Shown here: positions 44,980 to 58,501 of the stretch, in pieces
Numbering within the stretch: position 1 is the stretch's first letter
How the letters are laid out: each line of letters opens with the position of its first letter
Program-made: the position numbers and the translations under genes
Assembly: GCF_963506605.1 (NCBI RefSeq)
Contig: NC_083281.1
Location: 83,824,001-83,888,000 of the forward strand
Source: Zootoca vivipara
Taxonomy: Eukaryota
Reading direction: 5' to 3'
DNA: 64,000 nucleotides
The notes under the pieces: model-generated
Told to the model about the DNA's origin: nothing
Database searches by the model: none
What the model saw: the letters and a program-made list of their open reading frames with translations, nothing else

Positions 44980-47900
44980 GTAAGCTGAAATATAGTTTGG
45001 TTTTTCTCTTTGGTTATTTGCTTTATGTTGGGAACTGTTCCTCTGTGTGCAGAAAGTCGTCGTCCCCCCACCCCCTCAGCCAGAATCTGTATACAGTATG
45101 TAGTTGTTTGAACTCTGCAATTTATTATGGGTGTTTTGGTTTTTGGTTTTATTATAAAAAAAAGTTCGTATCTAATCATCTCTGAGTTCCTTGAGTTATT
45201 TACTCAGAAGTAAGGTCTGTTGAATTTGGGGCTTGGCTCCTGAATAAGTACCGTGTGTACAGGATTTCTGGTTTCCCTTATGTTGAATTGAGGAATCCAA
45301 GCATTCTGTATCTTGGAGGATTAACTACATGTATTTCTGAATGGAAGTCGCTTTTCAGGCAACAAGCTGGAGTTTGTTCTCCCTCCCCTGCTTTGCCATT
45401 GTAACAACCCTGTGAGATAGACCAACATCAGTGAGTATAGGAGTTTATTTTAAAGGAAGAGCTGGGCAAGTTCGAAGTCTCCTTCTGTTGCTGTGCAAGG
45501 ATGTAATTTGCTGGAAACACTTGGTGTTTCAAATAAAGTAAGCGCATTTTATAGGGGAGAGGCCAACACCTTGGTGATCATCTGAGCTTATGTGGGAGTT
45601 AATATTATCCAAATTGCTTCTTGGTGTAGCTCTGGGCACACCTGGTCTTCTCAGCCTTCAGTCTCTAGCTAAAATGGGGATTACAGACTCCTTAGTGAGT
45701 TGTCTCAACAACTGTGTGTTTGGCAACACAAGTGGGTCAGGTCTAGAATATTTGCAGCCCTGTGCTTATGACGTACAGCTCAGGATAGCCACATGGCTTA
45801 TTTTCTTCACTCAACAACCTTGTAAGGTACAGTTTGGTCAGGTCGTGAGAAAATATTGCCTAATGAGACCTCCTCAAAGTGAAGAGTTGAACTAGGGCTC
45901 TATCACTTCAAATCAAACACAGCAATTGCTATACCACACTGGTCCCGCAGCAGCTACTACAGTAGTTCACCTACATTGACAAAGAACCAGTTCCAAGTGA
46001 CTAGACCAGTGGTTTTCATCCTGGGGTTTTCAACCCTGGCCTCTGTTCCTCTTTCCTTCCCTCCCTCTCTGCCTCCCAAAGTCTTGCACAACTGTTTGTT
46101 GCGGCAGCCCTGGCTACAAGCAACACAGGCAAATGGTGCCTTTGGGGCTGGCCAGGGGGTGCTGGTTGCCAGGAGCTGAGGCAGCTTAGAGACTTGGGGA
46201 GGGGGCTGCTGCGGCTGCCTGGAGGACTCCCAAGAAGAGGGGAGAGGAGGCTGAGGCAGCACTCCACAAGGGAGGGTGTTTGAAAAAGGATGAGCAGGCA
46301 AGGGGTGACATAACTGGGCTCCTGAGGTGCCGCTAGAAAAGCTAACCAATAAACTGAAACTGACACGAGATAAAATAGAAGAGGACGCCTTCGCCTCCAA
46401 TATGGCTCAGCCCAACAAGACAACAAGAACCCACCAACAGCATCCGTATCAATCTGGCTGACTTGACCCAACATGCCCTCCGCCCACCCCCCTCACAAAT
46501 GCAAGCAAACTCCATTGCAGCCAACCACGGGAAAACCAACCATACCCTGGACTCCCAACCTCTCTCACTAGTCACTACCATGGAAATGTAACAAGTCAAT
46601 AGAAAGAGAACCTATCTAGCTGTCACTGACACAAAATCCCACATGTATACTGTAAAGAATATAAATTTCACCACCACCGCTCCTCTCCCCCCCTTCTTCC
46701 TGACCTTATAATGTCTCATAACAAATGTAACTTATTTGTAGAAAAGATTGTACAGCTTTAAAAAAAGAGACAAACCATGTACTTTTGTAAACCAAGAAAA
46801 TACTTAAGAAAATAAAAATAAAAAACCTCTGGGCTAGACATATGTTCCTAAAACTAGTATATGGGTCCATGTTACAGTACTGTACTTGGCAGCTTCCTGG
46901 TTCAGACTTTCCTGGTGGCAGTCTTCTGTGCCAACCTAAAAGTTTGCAATAATGTTTCCCAAGAATTCAGACAACGTCTGACCCATTTATTTTGGCTCAA
47001 ATGAGTAACCTTATTTCAACACTGGGCTGAGGAAGTTGAGGAATTGATTTCACACTTGCCACACTTTCATGGATGAGTTGTTCCAGGAACATGTAATTCT
47101 CTCTCCCACTGCCCCCTAAACACTTTTTAACAAAGCTAATTGCTCTTCATCAATCCTAAGGAATTGGGACCTCTTATCAGTCTGCCAACTTCCGATCTTC
47201 AAAGGCAAAAGCACTGGGGCAATGGTCTGACCAGGACTCATATTATCTAGGTTTGGGCAGGTGAGGGGTAGAGTGGGAATGTACTGTACTGTAGTGGCAA
47301 ATCTGGAAGTTCAAGATCCCTTCGTGATAGTCACAGTCACACCCTTTTTATGACTAGAGAGCCTTATAAGATATATTAGTGATGCCTTGCAACCAGCAAT
47401 GCAGATGTCACTGTGTTGCCTTTCAGATAGAGCTAGCATTTTCTGTGCATGTACATGGAGAAAGGATTCGGACTGCCCCATTATATTGTTTTGCAATGAC
47501 TTTAAGTTGTGCTTTCTTTGAAGTTCCATTGCACATAACAGAATATCCACACCATTCTCTTGAAATGAAAGCACCTTGCGTTTTCAGTGTTTATAAGTGC
47601 CTGGCTTCTGCAACATGAAGTGGCATCCATTTCATGCTGATAGGGCAGCTCTGGAAGGCTGCAGGCACGGACCCTGCGACATAAACAGTAATGGGTCTTT
47701 GACCCCATCCCCCATGACCCTGGACCACTATACCACTGGGTGGGAAGTAGCAATTGTGACATAGCTGAGTGGTAGCATGTCTGCTTTGCATGCTGATGGT
47801 CTTGGGTTAGGTCCCTGGCATCTCCTGGTATGGCATGGAATTTCCTCTGGCTGATGCCTTGTTGCCAGTCAGCATAAATAGTGCTGAGATAGATGGACCA

Positions 47901-49967
47901 GTGGTCTGACTCGATATAAGGCAGCTTCCTGTGATTGCAAAAATCAAATGTGTTCTGTCTAAATAACATGGATGCAACTTCTCTCTGTGCAAAGGTATCG
48001 ATTTTGCCACTCGCAAGATAGCCAAAATGCTGAAGCCTCAGAAGGTCTTCAAACAAGATGGGGACTCGTTTTCCATCAGCACAACCAGCACTTTCCGCAG
48101 CTATTTAGTCGAGTTCAGGATTGGAGAGGAGTTTGAAGAAGACAACAAAGGCTTGGACAATAGAAAATGCAAGGTATTGAGGACTGGAGAAAGCCTCTCT
48201 CTAAGTAGGCAGCTTAAACTAAAAAGAAACTTGCCATCCTTCCCCCGGCCAGGAAGGGGTGTGGATGCACGCACGCAGGATTTCCGGGGGGGGGGGGAGG
48301 TGGATCCAATAATGTGTGGTACCCAATTCCTGTTTATGTATGAGTGCATTGTGATATTACACAAGTATGGGTCAGGACACTGCATAGCCTGACTTTCGAG
48401 CCAATATACTGATAAGCTCAGGCTGGTGGACAGCATTGTTTTTTTAAAAAACCCCAAACAAGAGCACCCTAGGTGGTACAGTGGGACAGTGCATCTGGCT
48501 CTTAACCAGAAGGTTAGTGGTTCGAGCCCACCCAGGGGCAGGATTCCTGCCTTGCAGGGGGGTTGGACTAAATAACCCTCAGGGTCCCTTCCAACTCTAT
48601 GATTCTATGATAACAAATGTATTTTCCAGCACTATCCTCTTATTTTTCAATACTTTGGCTATGTACACACTGCACCTGTGAAGCCTTTCTTCCTCGCTCC
48701 ACAGAAGTACACTGTAGTTTAAGGGTTGCTGGGAATTGTGCCCAGAATTCTTTGAGGGAATGAATGTGTTTCATAAAGGTGTACATGACAAAACCTTTTT
48801 TGTTCTTCTGTTCATATGGATGCTACTTTCAAGATCCCTTAGCTTGCATTAATTGTCATGGGCTTATTGTAAGCTGCCCTGTTAGAAGGTGGGGCATAAA
48901 TCTAAACTTTATAACAGGGCCAAGCTAGCCATTGCGGGTGGGGAGCAAAATGTGTGGGCCCATGGAACGTGTTTGACATGATGACAGTGGAGTTGGGTTC
49001 GTTGAAGTGGATAAGGCACTGCCCCACCAACCTTGGACTGCCTTCAGACAGCCCACCCCTATGTGCCTCACAGACAGTATGGAGGGTGGCCCTGCCTGTT
49101 ATCTTCCTTCTCCTTAGTCTCTGTGTTGCCCTTCTATAATTTGTTGACCCTTGGAGCAGAACCTGAGAGATCAATTGTGCCTTGAATATTTTTTACCCCT
49201 CTCCTCCCCTGCAGAGTGTGGTTAACTGGGATGGCGACAAGATTGTTTGTGTCCAGACTGGAGAGAAGAAGAACAGAGGCTGGACCCACTGGATTGAAGG
49301 AGATGACCTGTACCTGGTAAGCTGTTACATGGGTGTATAGCTAGGCTTGCTTTGGAGGTAAGCCACCTAGATAGATACTCTGGAGCCAGGGGATGTTGAC
49401 TCCGTATGCTTTGCATGTGGGTGTTCCTGTTTGAAGGGCTCCCCTACCAGCACACCTCAGCCATGTTTCATGCTTGAGATAGCCAGTGAGTCCTCTGGCC
49501 TACTCTGCTCTCCCCTGTCCCCCTGCCCAATGTGAGCAGCAAGGGGCTTTTAACAGCTGTTGCATCAATAGCTTGTGTGTTCTTCACTTGGGATGGGAGT
49601 TGGCAGCCAAGGTCTCTGCTATTTATATGCACTGGGGAGAGAGCTAATGAGCCTTTTGCCTCGGTGGGATTGAGTTGGCCAATGGGTAAGCCTAGGCTAC
49701 TGCTACATGTAGGTAAAAAATCTGCTTTGCATGCAGAAGACCCCAGGTTCATTTCCCAGCATCTCGAGGTAGGGCTGGGACAGACTTCCTGTTTAAAACC
49801 CTGGAAAGCTGCTGCCAGACAGTGTAAGCAATACTGAACTAGATGCACCCGTGGGTTCGATTTGGTGTACAGCAGCTTCATGTTTTATTGTTCCTAATGG
49901 ATGTCTCCTTGTGCAGGAACTCCGATGTGAAGACAAAGTAAGCAGGCAGGTTTTCAAGCGAGCGTGA
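44907..49967 (+). CDS. RBP7: RBP7, cellular retinol-binding protein 7 (CRBP-IV), 134 aa; join(44907..44979,47995..48173,49215..49316,49917..49967)
   Basis: [134 protein letters not shown]; canonical iLBP four-exon layout 73/179/102/51; position between NMNAT1 and UBE4B. Confidence 0.96.
46340..46825 (+). mobile_element. Probable LINE (L1/Tx1-like) 3' end fragment
   Basis: A/C-rich stretch ending in aaataaaaataaaaaa; family not identified. Confidence 0.4.
47995..48173 (+). CDS. RBP7: RBP7 exon 2
   Basis: ctctgtgcaaag|GT ATC GAT ... TGC AAG|gtattg; 179 nt. Confidence 0.95.
49215..49316 (+). CDS. RBP7: RBP7 exon 3
   Basis: cccctgcag|AGT GTG ... TAC CTG|gtaagc; 102 nt. Confidence 0.95.
49917..49967 (+). 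CDS. RBP7: RBP7 exon 4 (coding part)
   Basis: cttgtgcag|GAA CTC ... GCG TGA; candidate polyA signal ATTAAA at 50190-50195. Confidence 0.93.
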   Translation, partial: ELRCEDKVSRQVFKRA

Positions 49968-51051
49968 AGCTGATTCCTGCAATACCCCCCAAATGACAAC
50001 AGCGCAGAGAACCACGTACAGGAGTGTTCGTGCATAGCGGCACTTCAGACATGGAGTGCTAACTAAAAAGGCAGCTTTACAGGTCAAACCTTCTTCCTCC
50101 ACCCCTGGTGCTCTTTTTGTAAAAGCATTCCAACCTGATCCTTTTGAACAAATGTTGTAACTGTTAACCTGCACTTACCACGTAACTTCATTAAAAATAT
50201 ATGATTATTTGCAATACAACTTAGGAGTCTACAGCTTTTTGTTAAGAGTACTGTACTATTTCTCTAAAAATGCCCTTTGTGGAATTCTCGGTTGCAGGTG
50301 TGTTTATCTGTGCCAGCTGCACATAATACATTCAAAGCACCACTTTAAATATCCATGGCCTTCCCCCAAGTATTTTTGGGAGCTGCAGCTTAAGTGTCTG
50401 GGACTGGCAGGGCTCTGACCAGTGTGTGACAGGGGCACGGGGTTGGAGGGGGCCAGCGATTTATGGGGTTTTGTGCCACCCACAAAGTAGGAGCCAGGGC
50501 AGGAGGAAGGGGAAGAGTCTGAGCAATCAGAAGCAGGTGTATGTTTGGAGTGGGTGGGGTGCAGCACATGGTCAAAGCAGATTAAGAAGCTGTTCAGGTG
50601 AGTGGGGGCCCAGTTGAAAGCCCTCTGTCCCCTGCACTGCTGTCTCCTAGGGACAGGACGGGCTTGAAAAAGCAAGCACAGCAGCAACTTCCATGTAGAA
50701 GTGTTTGCATGCACTGTATCAGATGAAGCTATTTAAGCCTGGGAGAGGGGGGCCTGGTCCCGCTGTGGCTTCAACTGTTCAGCCAGAGCACAAGCCTGAG
50801 AAAGTTAATGCCAGCTACGTAGCTATGGGTAGTATGTGCATGTGTTTATTTTCTGAGTACCTTAGGAACTGCTTTGGTCAAGAAAGAATTAAACCACTGG
50901 CCATTTTTCCTCCTTTGCTGGGCGTTCTCAGGACATTGAGAGTGCTGAGCATTGTCAGGAGGCCCTTATTTCCACAGAGCAGCAATTCCCAGAGTAATTT
51001 CACAACCAATCCATCTTCCAGTGAACTGAGAACTCTTTCTTTCTATCTCTA

Positions 51052-51282
51052 CACCAGCGTGGTGTAGTGGTTAACAGCCGTAGTCTCATAATCTGGGGAA
51101 CTGGGTTCGTGTCTCCGCTCCTCCACATGCAGCTGCTGGGTGACCTTGGGCTAGTCGCACTTCGCTGGAGTCTCTAAGCCCCACTCACCTCACAGAGTGT
51201 TTGTTGTGGAGGAGGAAGGGAAAGGAGAATGTTAGCCGCTTTGAGACTCCTTCGGGTAGTGATAAAGCGAGATATCAAATCC
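51052..51282 (+). mobile_element. Squam3/MIR-like tRNA SINE abutting the assembly gap
   Basis: agcgtggtgtagtggtt...gggttcg...gggtgaccttgggctagtc...ttagccgctttgagactcc. Confidence 0.8.
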
Positions 51283-51468
51283 NNNNNNNNNNNNNNNNNN
51301 NNNNNNNNNNNNNNNNNNNNNNNNNNNNNNNNNNNNNNNNNNNNNNNNNNNNNNNNNNNNNNNNNNNNNNNNNNNNNNNNNNNNNNNNNNNNNNNNNNNN
51401 NNNNNNNNNNNNNNNNNNNNNNNNNNNNNNNNNNNNNNNNNNNNNNNNNNNNNNNNNNNNNNNNNNNN
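51283..51468. other. Assembly gap (186 N)
   Basis: Run of n. Confidence 1.
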
Positions 51469-52979
51469 TCCATTAGGTATGTGGCCTTTCCCTCATGTGC
51501 TACCTAGGCCGACGTGGCCCTCAAGCTGGAAAATACTCTGCACCCCTGCTTTAAGGCAAATCAAGCATTACATGATGAAAAACTCAATAAGCTAGTTGCT
51601 GGTGTATTAACTTTTCTACAGAAATTTCTGATTACCAGACAAGGCCCCACAGCTCATTATTTATTAATTCAAGTTGGTAGAAGCTTGAGATGAATCCAAG
51701 CTGTTACCCACAATTTGGCAATACCTTTAATAGGACTAACCAAAATATCTTAACTGTGGCAAACTTTTGAGGACCTTGGGGCTCTTCAGCACAAGTCACA
51801 CCCACATTGCAAATTTAAAGCACATGTCCTGCCCCTTGCCCGAACACAAAAGAATCCCGTAATTTCCTAAGAGTGTTGGGAAGATCTATCAGGGGGAAGC
51901 TACAGCTCCCAAGATTTTTTAGGGGAAGCGATGTGCTTTAAATGTATACAGTACTGTAGTGTGAATGTGACCACAGCCTCTCTTAGAGGAAGGAAAAACC
52001 CAACAGTTCAGTGTCCTCGCCATTAGGTGGCACCTCTGCTACGTTATGGAAAGACACTCGGCTAGAGATTTTTGGAAGTCTTGTGAGCAGATGACTCAGT
52101 TGTGCAGACTATCTTGAACCTTCCTTAAACCAACAAGCAGCTTAAGTCCCTGCATTTTTATAGCAGAAGAGCAGGTCTTTGACTTCATTTCCCCCCTATT
52201 GTGCTTTGAGAGAAAGAAGGAACGTTTAGTTTGTTTAAAAAAATACAGGTATTTAAAAAACGTTCTTCCTTATATGCAAGGGTAGGGTTTTCTTTGACGT
52301 GTACATAAGCACTGACCCAGCACACAAGGCTGCAGCAACTCAGAAAGATGTTTGTTTTCCAGTTAACATCAGAGGGCACCGTTGGCCTAATTCGCACTGA
52401 GTGATAGTGCGGTGGCATGGAGGTGAAGATTTTCTGTGGCACCCTACCCCATTGTTTTTTCCTGTGGGTCAATGGCCTTTTATAGAACAAAGGTACCACC
52501 ACCCCATATTAACAGATGAGATGATAAAATCGGTTTTGGACTATATTAGTTTGGGTTGCAAGTGGAGAATGACCTGACTGAATTCGCCTCTATGTAAAAA
52601 CCGCCCAATTAATTTTCCTCCAGATAAATTATGGCACTATACAGACTTACCTAGCTGCAGAGTAATTGACAGAGTTGAACTGACGTACATAAGCACTCCA
52701 ATAATTGGGGTTGTATTTAGTGCTGGTGTTGCTCACAGTAAAACCATTGACAATAATGAACACGAGTAATTTAGGTCCATTAGTTTCAATGGGTGTACTT
52801 TAACTATAAGTTAGTGTTCAAGGTGCCTCTCAGACCTTTTGGCTTTTTACTCCCTTTGCACAGAGCAAATTACTGTTTTTAAAGTACTGTATACATGTCC
52901 TGTATACATGTCCTATCGCTCTCCCTTTGCATAAGACAGCCCCTCCCTCAGCTTTCTTTCCCGCCTCAGCAAAAGCTTT

Positions 52980-53600
52980 CCCCCACGCCATTCATCGCAG
53001 CATCTCGCGCCTGCCCCGCCCCTGTTGCTATGGCGCAACCAAACAGGCCCCACCTCCCACTTTTAGACCCTCCCACCCCGAGCTCAGCTTCTTGTAGTGT
53101 AGGTGACAGTGATTGGGGGCGGGCAAGCGGCGGAGGCCTCCCCTCCCTCTTCTCATTGGTCAGTACCAGGGCACACGCGGGGAAGCTTCGGCCTGTGACC
53201 GAGAGACGATGAAGGGTGGAGCGGCGACTGCGCGGGTGCGAGGAGGAGGAGGCGTGCCATCCTCAGCGCGTGGACTGCTGGGCGGGAGAAGGCGGAGCCT
53301 TTTTCTCATTGCACCGCCCTCTCTGCTCCGCGATTGGGCACCTTCCCTGCGCTCGTTGGGCTGGTTGGTGGGAGGAGCCTTCTCTCTGTTTGGCCTCCCG
53401 CACTTAGATCGCGCGAGCGCACGGATCCACGCACGCGTACGCTCTGGTTGGGTGGCTATCTTGCAGCCGTACGCAAAGAGGCGTGCGGAGAACCGCCTGG
53501 AGGAAAGAGAGAGCGCGCGCGAGGGAGAGGAGGGGAGAGGTCACGTGATCCGACGCCAAGATGGCCGCCGCTGCCTCCTTGTTTTGATGAATAATCTCTG
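52980..53600 (+). promoter_or_regulatory. UBE4B: UBE4B CpG-island promoter
   Basis: CpG-rich; several reverse CCAAT (ATTGG) and GC boxes; E-box GTCACGTGAT at 53540-53549; YY1 motif CAAGATGGCCGCC at 53557-53569. Confidence 0.8.
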
Positions 53601-54760
53601 TGTGGGGAGGCAGAAGCAGCGTCTGCAGCAGCTGAGGGAAAAGAGTGTGAGGGGGCAGCTCTGAGAGGAGTGTGTTGGTGGCTTGCCGAGAGGTGTAAGG
53701 CCAGTCATTGGCGCGAGCTTTCCCCACCACCACCCTCCTTCCACACTGTCTTCTTTTCTCTGCAGCCCCAGCCAAGCCAGGCACCTGGAGAATTCAAGGG
53801 GCTGAGGTGGAAGAGAAGGTGGCTTAAGCTGGGGCCGAGTGCGAGGCGAAAGGGAGGCAGCTGGCTAAACTGGGGCTTCAGGTTAGGCAGCCGACTAAGG
53901 GGAGACTGTTGTAATATATAGCTGGTGGCAGGGCGCTGTATTCATATATCTATCTATATATTGAATATACTGTATAAGAGCCAGCAAGCAGCTTGGGGTT
54001 CTAGCAGACGGAGAAAGAGCGGGACCTATCTTATGTGTATATATGGGACTAATAGGGTTTCCTGGGTATACGGAAGGCAGCCTGCGATTGGGAACTGGGG
54101 GTAGTCAGCAAGCGGAAGGCTCTCTACCGTGTTTGGTGGACGGTGAGCAATAGGAGCCTCTTGTGATACGAGGCGGTATCTTGCTGACCTTGCTGAGCTT
54201 TCAGGGTTTGTAGGAAGGTTCATAACAGGCGGCATAGTGCCACTGAGGCTTTAGGACACCTGGGGGACGGTGAGAAGCGAGTTTTCTGGGATCGGCCGGA
54301 GGATTCTTGGTAGGCCACCTGGGGCGCCTGGAGTGTGGAGAAAAAAGGTCAGTGGGACCCAAGGCGGGAAGCAGGAGCTAGGATCCTAGGGGGTTATCGG
54401 CAGCTTGGGGTGCCTGTGGAGGGAGTCTTTTAAAGCTGGGGCTACAGCGAACATAGCTTCAGGTATAGGAAGGGGTAAGGCCTGGAGGTTTAGTCGTGAG
54501 ATAGGAGTGGCTTATGCGTGTGTTCATAATCATTTAGTTGACTAGCAAACCAGAGAGAAACAGCCTCTGCCCAAGAGCAGGCGAAGTCTATTCTGTGGTG
54601 GTGGTCTTTACCTCTGACTATGCAATTCTGAAACGTCCCGAGGGAAAGAGGCAGCACGACAGGATTTCCCTTAAAGACTCTCTCTCCCACAAGCACGCCC
54701 CTCAAGGGAAGTACAGAGCTCCCCTTCCCCCAAACTCCTTTCACCATTAAGAGGAAAACA

Positions 54761-54784
54761 ATGGAGGAGCTGAGCGCTGATGAG
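54761..54784 (+). CDS. UBE4B: UBE4B first coding exon (MEELSADE); the rest of the gene lies beyond the window
   Basis: acaATGGAGGAGCTGAGCGCTGATGAG|gtgagt matches the UBE4B N-terminus; downstream of RBP7 as in other amniotes. Confidence 0.92.
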
Positions 54785-56444
54785 GTGAGTTTGGGGATTG
54801 TTGACTGAACAGCGGATGTTGTGGGAAGGGAGGCTGGGCGCCAGGATGTATCCTACAGGTAAATGGATCTACTGAAGGGGGTTTGCCATGGGGATTTGTG
54901 GAGGCCCACTATTTCTGCAAAGTGAATAAATTTGTATGTGCTATGGTGGCATATCCCAAGTTGTTAAGGTGTTGGACTTGGACCTTAGAGACCAGAGTTC
55001 AAGTCATCACTTGGCTATGAAACTTGCTGGGTGATCTTGGGCCATTCACTTGCCTGTTTGCCTAACCTACCTTGCAGTGTTGTTGTTGAGATAAAATGGG
55101 GGGAGGGGAACTATATGTTTGGGCAGGAGTTTTGATTCCATAGCTAGAGTGCTAGAATGTCTCTGGATATAATCTTTGTAAATGATAACAGATTAGTTTT
55201 GCTATTTTGGATAAGTGCATTAGTAATATAATGTTCTTGTGTTGTATTTTCTCCCCGCCACTTTTTGGACACACCTCACCCTACTTAAGTCTGCAATTAT
55301 ATAGGGGGTGGGGTTGTTTTTAATCCCTTCTCTTCTTTATAGTTGAGTATTCACCTATGTTGAGTAACACATGTCAAATTTTTCTTACTTGGAGAGAGAA
55401 ACTTTTTAAAAGTGTGTTTTGGTTTATTGAATGTCTAAAGCTTGACAGTACTTTGTGCTTAAAGGGAACTTTTCAATTTACATTATTTGATACTAAGGGA
55501 TAGATAGCTATTTTCCCATTGGGGTGTCATACTACCAGGACCACTTTTAGATCTTTGTTCATATAACGTTTTGGACTTCTCCTTTGTCCAATTTGTCTAT
55601 TAAAGAAAGGTGTATGTGGGGGACACACAACAGGTCCCCTCAACAGAAGTATGTAGATGTTAGGCTTCCAATTAAAGCTTTGGTTTCAGATTCAGAGTTG
55701 TAAGTTTTTTCAGGTGGGAACCCACAGTGTGAGAGGTGCTAGTATGATTGCTTATGGAATGATTCCAGGGTTGTTGGGTACTGTCCTGGTGAGGTGTTTC
55801 TTGAGAGTACTTCCTGTTTTACGGTACTAAGAGGATGTCCTGTGTTTTATTCAGACTAAATTGTGAAGTTTAAACAAAAACAATTTAAACTTCAAAAAAT
55901 GATCACAATGAGGGAATCTTTTCTATCTACACATTGATATTTCCATCTTGTTTAATTGCAGTCTTTCCTGATCTCTCCCTCCCTCCCTCCCTCCTTTCCC
56001 CTTCTGCCAGGGTAGTATTTTATTGCTTTTTTAAACAAAAAAAATGTTTTTTTGGATCTTATTCATTGCAAAAGCACTCACAGCTACTTAATCAGTTGCT
56101 TTATACCAGCAAGCTCTTCCTGCACACTTTGACACATTGATTGTACATTGGCCCAAGGTAAGGCCATGTGAGCTTTTTTATATTGTAGTTTTGATGTAGG
56201 TGAAAATACTTAGAGAAACTAGCTTGGGTGCTTTCATAACTTGCCACGAGGCAGGCTTTCCCCATGTGAGTAATCTGTCTTTTTATTTTAAAACAGCTTT
56301 TAAGCTGCCCTTCATGCACAGAAATACTGGATCAAAATAGTGAATACAAAATAAAATCGTCAAATCATTTAAAAGAAGGAAGAAGGTGCAGTAGAAACAC
56401 CTTCAGACAAAGAAAGTACCTGAAAACAACTGAGTAGTTTAAGA

Positions 56445-56678
56445 CAAGCATGTCCAAAGTCCGTTTGGGGGGCATAATCCAGCCCGCTGGTTGGTTTAAT
56501 CCGGCCCCTGTGGCAGTTTATTTCTTGGGGTAAAATCGTAAAAAACCCTCAACAATTTCAATCCTTAAAAATCAACAACTTCAATTCTAAAAAAAAAAGA
56601 TCAACAACTTTGGTTGGCCCTCATGGCTCTTCACTTCATCAAATCTGGCCCTCTCTGAAAAAAGTTTGGACACCACTG
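56445..56678. mobile_element. hAT MITE
   Basis: CA..TGTCCAAA / TTTGGACACCACTG; TSD gtttaaga/gtttaagc. Confidence 0.7.
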
Positions 56679-58501
56679 GTTTAAGCAGTTATTACAGTTA
56701 TTTGTTAGATTTCTTCCCTGTACCACACTTTGGGGTTCCAGGGCAAGTTGTGACAATTTAAAAATACACTAATAAAATAAGTTAAAATAATTTTATGTAT
56801 TCATTTGTTGTTTTATACATTTCTATACTGCCCTTCATTCGAGGATCCCTGAACCTCCCTAGGGAAAGCATTCCACAAATGGGGAACCACTGCAAAAAAG
56901 GCCTGTTACTGTGATCTCTCAAGAAGAAGAGTCTCAGATTATGATTTCAGAGTCTGGGTCGCTTCATAGGGGGAGAGGTGGTCCTTGAGGTATTGTGGTC
57001 CTGAGCCATGTAAGGCATTATAAGTAAAAACCAACACTTTGAATTGGGCTCAGAAACTAATTGGCTTGGAAATTTGGTCAAGAGAATATGGTGGGAAACT
57101 GAAAATGCCAGAGCACACAAATAAGTCTCAAACTAGCACTGGACAGATAACTTTAGTGCCAGTCATGCATATCAGAGAACAGCATTCCACAGATGCTGCC
57201 TCACCATGGAGAAGGAGTTATTCCATATCATTACATAGTGAGCTTCTAATGGTGAAATATGGGAATGTGCTTCCACCAAAAGTCTCAAGACATGGGCAGG
57301 CTGGTTATAAGGAGAGGTACTCCTTCAAGTGTTTGAGTTCTGAGCTCTTCATGGCTTTAAAGGTGAGCATATCATTTACTATATGTAGTTCCTGCTTTTT
57401 ACCATTTTTCTCAAAGTAGTTCACAATAAAACTAAAACAAAAAGCAGTTTATTTAAAACTGGAGTTATTAATAATAAGGGAAACATAAAATAGTGGCACT
57501 GTCAAAACTCTAGAAGTGTCAGGTATAATTAAAACAGAAAAGGCACAGTGAAATAAGGTCTTTACTCCTTTCTGAATGAGAGAGATTCTGTGTGTTCCTG
57601 ACTGTAAGTAGGAGTGAATTCCATAATTTTGGAACCACCATGAAAAAGCACTGCTTTTACCGCACCCCAAACAGGTTCCTGCCTCTTTTCATAGGCTTGA
57701 ATTTGGTAGCTGGTGCGTACAGTAAAACTCTCCACCGCAACCCGTGGACAGGCTATTCCCATGCTGTCTGCGTTACAATAAAGGAGAGACAGGGTAAAAA
57801 AAAAAGCACACTGTTTTTCATGAATAAAGTTCCTAACTGCTGGAACATCATGGGACATGGCCTGAATTGTTCAGACTGCAAATTCTCACCAGCTGTGTCC
57901 AACAGAACATATTTCCAAGTACACAGACATGGGCTTGCACTAATAAAATTCAAGTAACAAAGAATGGGCTGCTAATCTGGAGTAGCAGCACACTGACCAC
58001 ATAGGCTTAATTCTAGTGTTATCTTAGTTAGCCTTGATGTTAGAATTGAGCGGACTTGGTTTGAAGGCAATCTGGGTTAGAGGGGAGGAAGATGTATGTG
58101 AGAGCATGCCACATTTTCAGTCTTCTGAACTTTGGTTTGGAGAATGCTAACATGACATCTAAATTCAGCCCTTTATTGGTTACTTGAATATTCATAGTGG
58201 GCAGCAGTTTTTAAGCTTGAAACTGTGTTACAGTATCTACTTACAGGTTTGCCAATGGCAACGAGAAATACACAACTCCCACCCCACTTTTCCAATAAAA
58301 CCTTGCTGGGGAATGAGTACAAATGGGGCCAAAGGGCCTAGGCAATGGTAAAATGTGTGGTTTGAACACAGAAAGCCCCAGGTTCAATCCCCGGCATCTC
58401 CGGTTAGGGCTGGAGGAGACTTCCTCTGTGAAACCTTGAAGAGCTGTTGCCAAACAGTATAGATAGACAGTGCTGAATTCAATGGATCAATAGTCTGACT
58501 T

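Noticed and set aside
51174-51507. ORFs containing poly-X
   Set aside because: Artefacts of the N gap.
51700-51792. Second Penelope-like remnant with CUGAAGA on the minus strand
   Set aside because: GAAA box is mutated (AAAA) and stem II does not pair, so it is not an intact hammerhead.
52895-53921. 183-aa and other ORFs in the UBE4B island
   Set aside because: Non-ATG starts and CpG-island composition; only the short ATG-initiated uORFs were kept.
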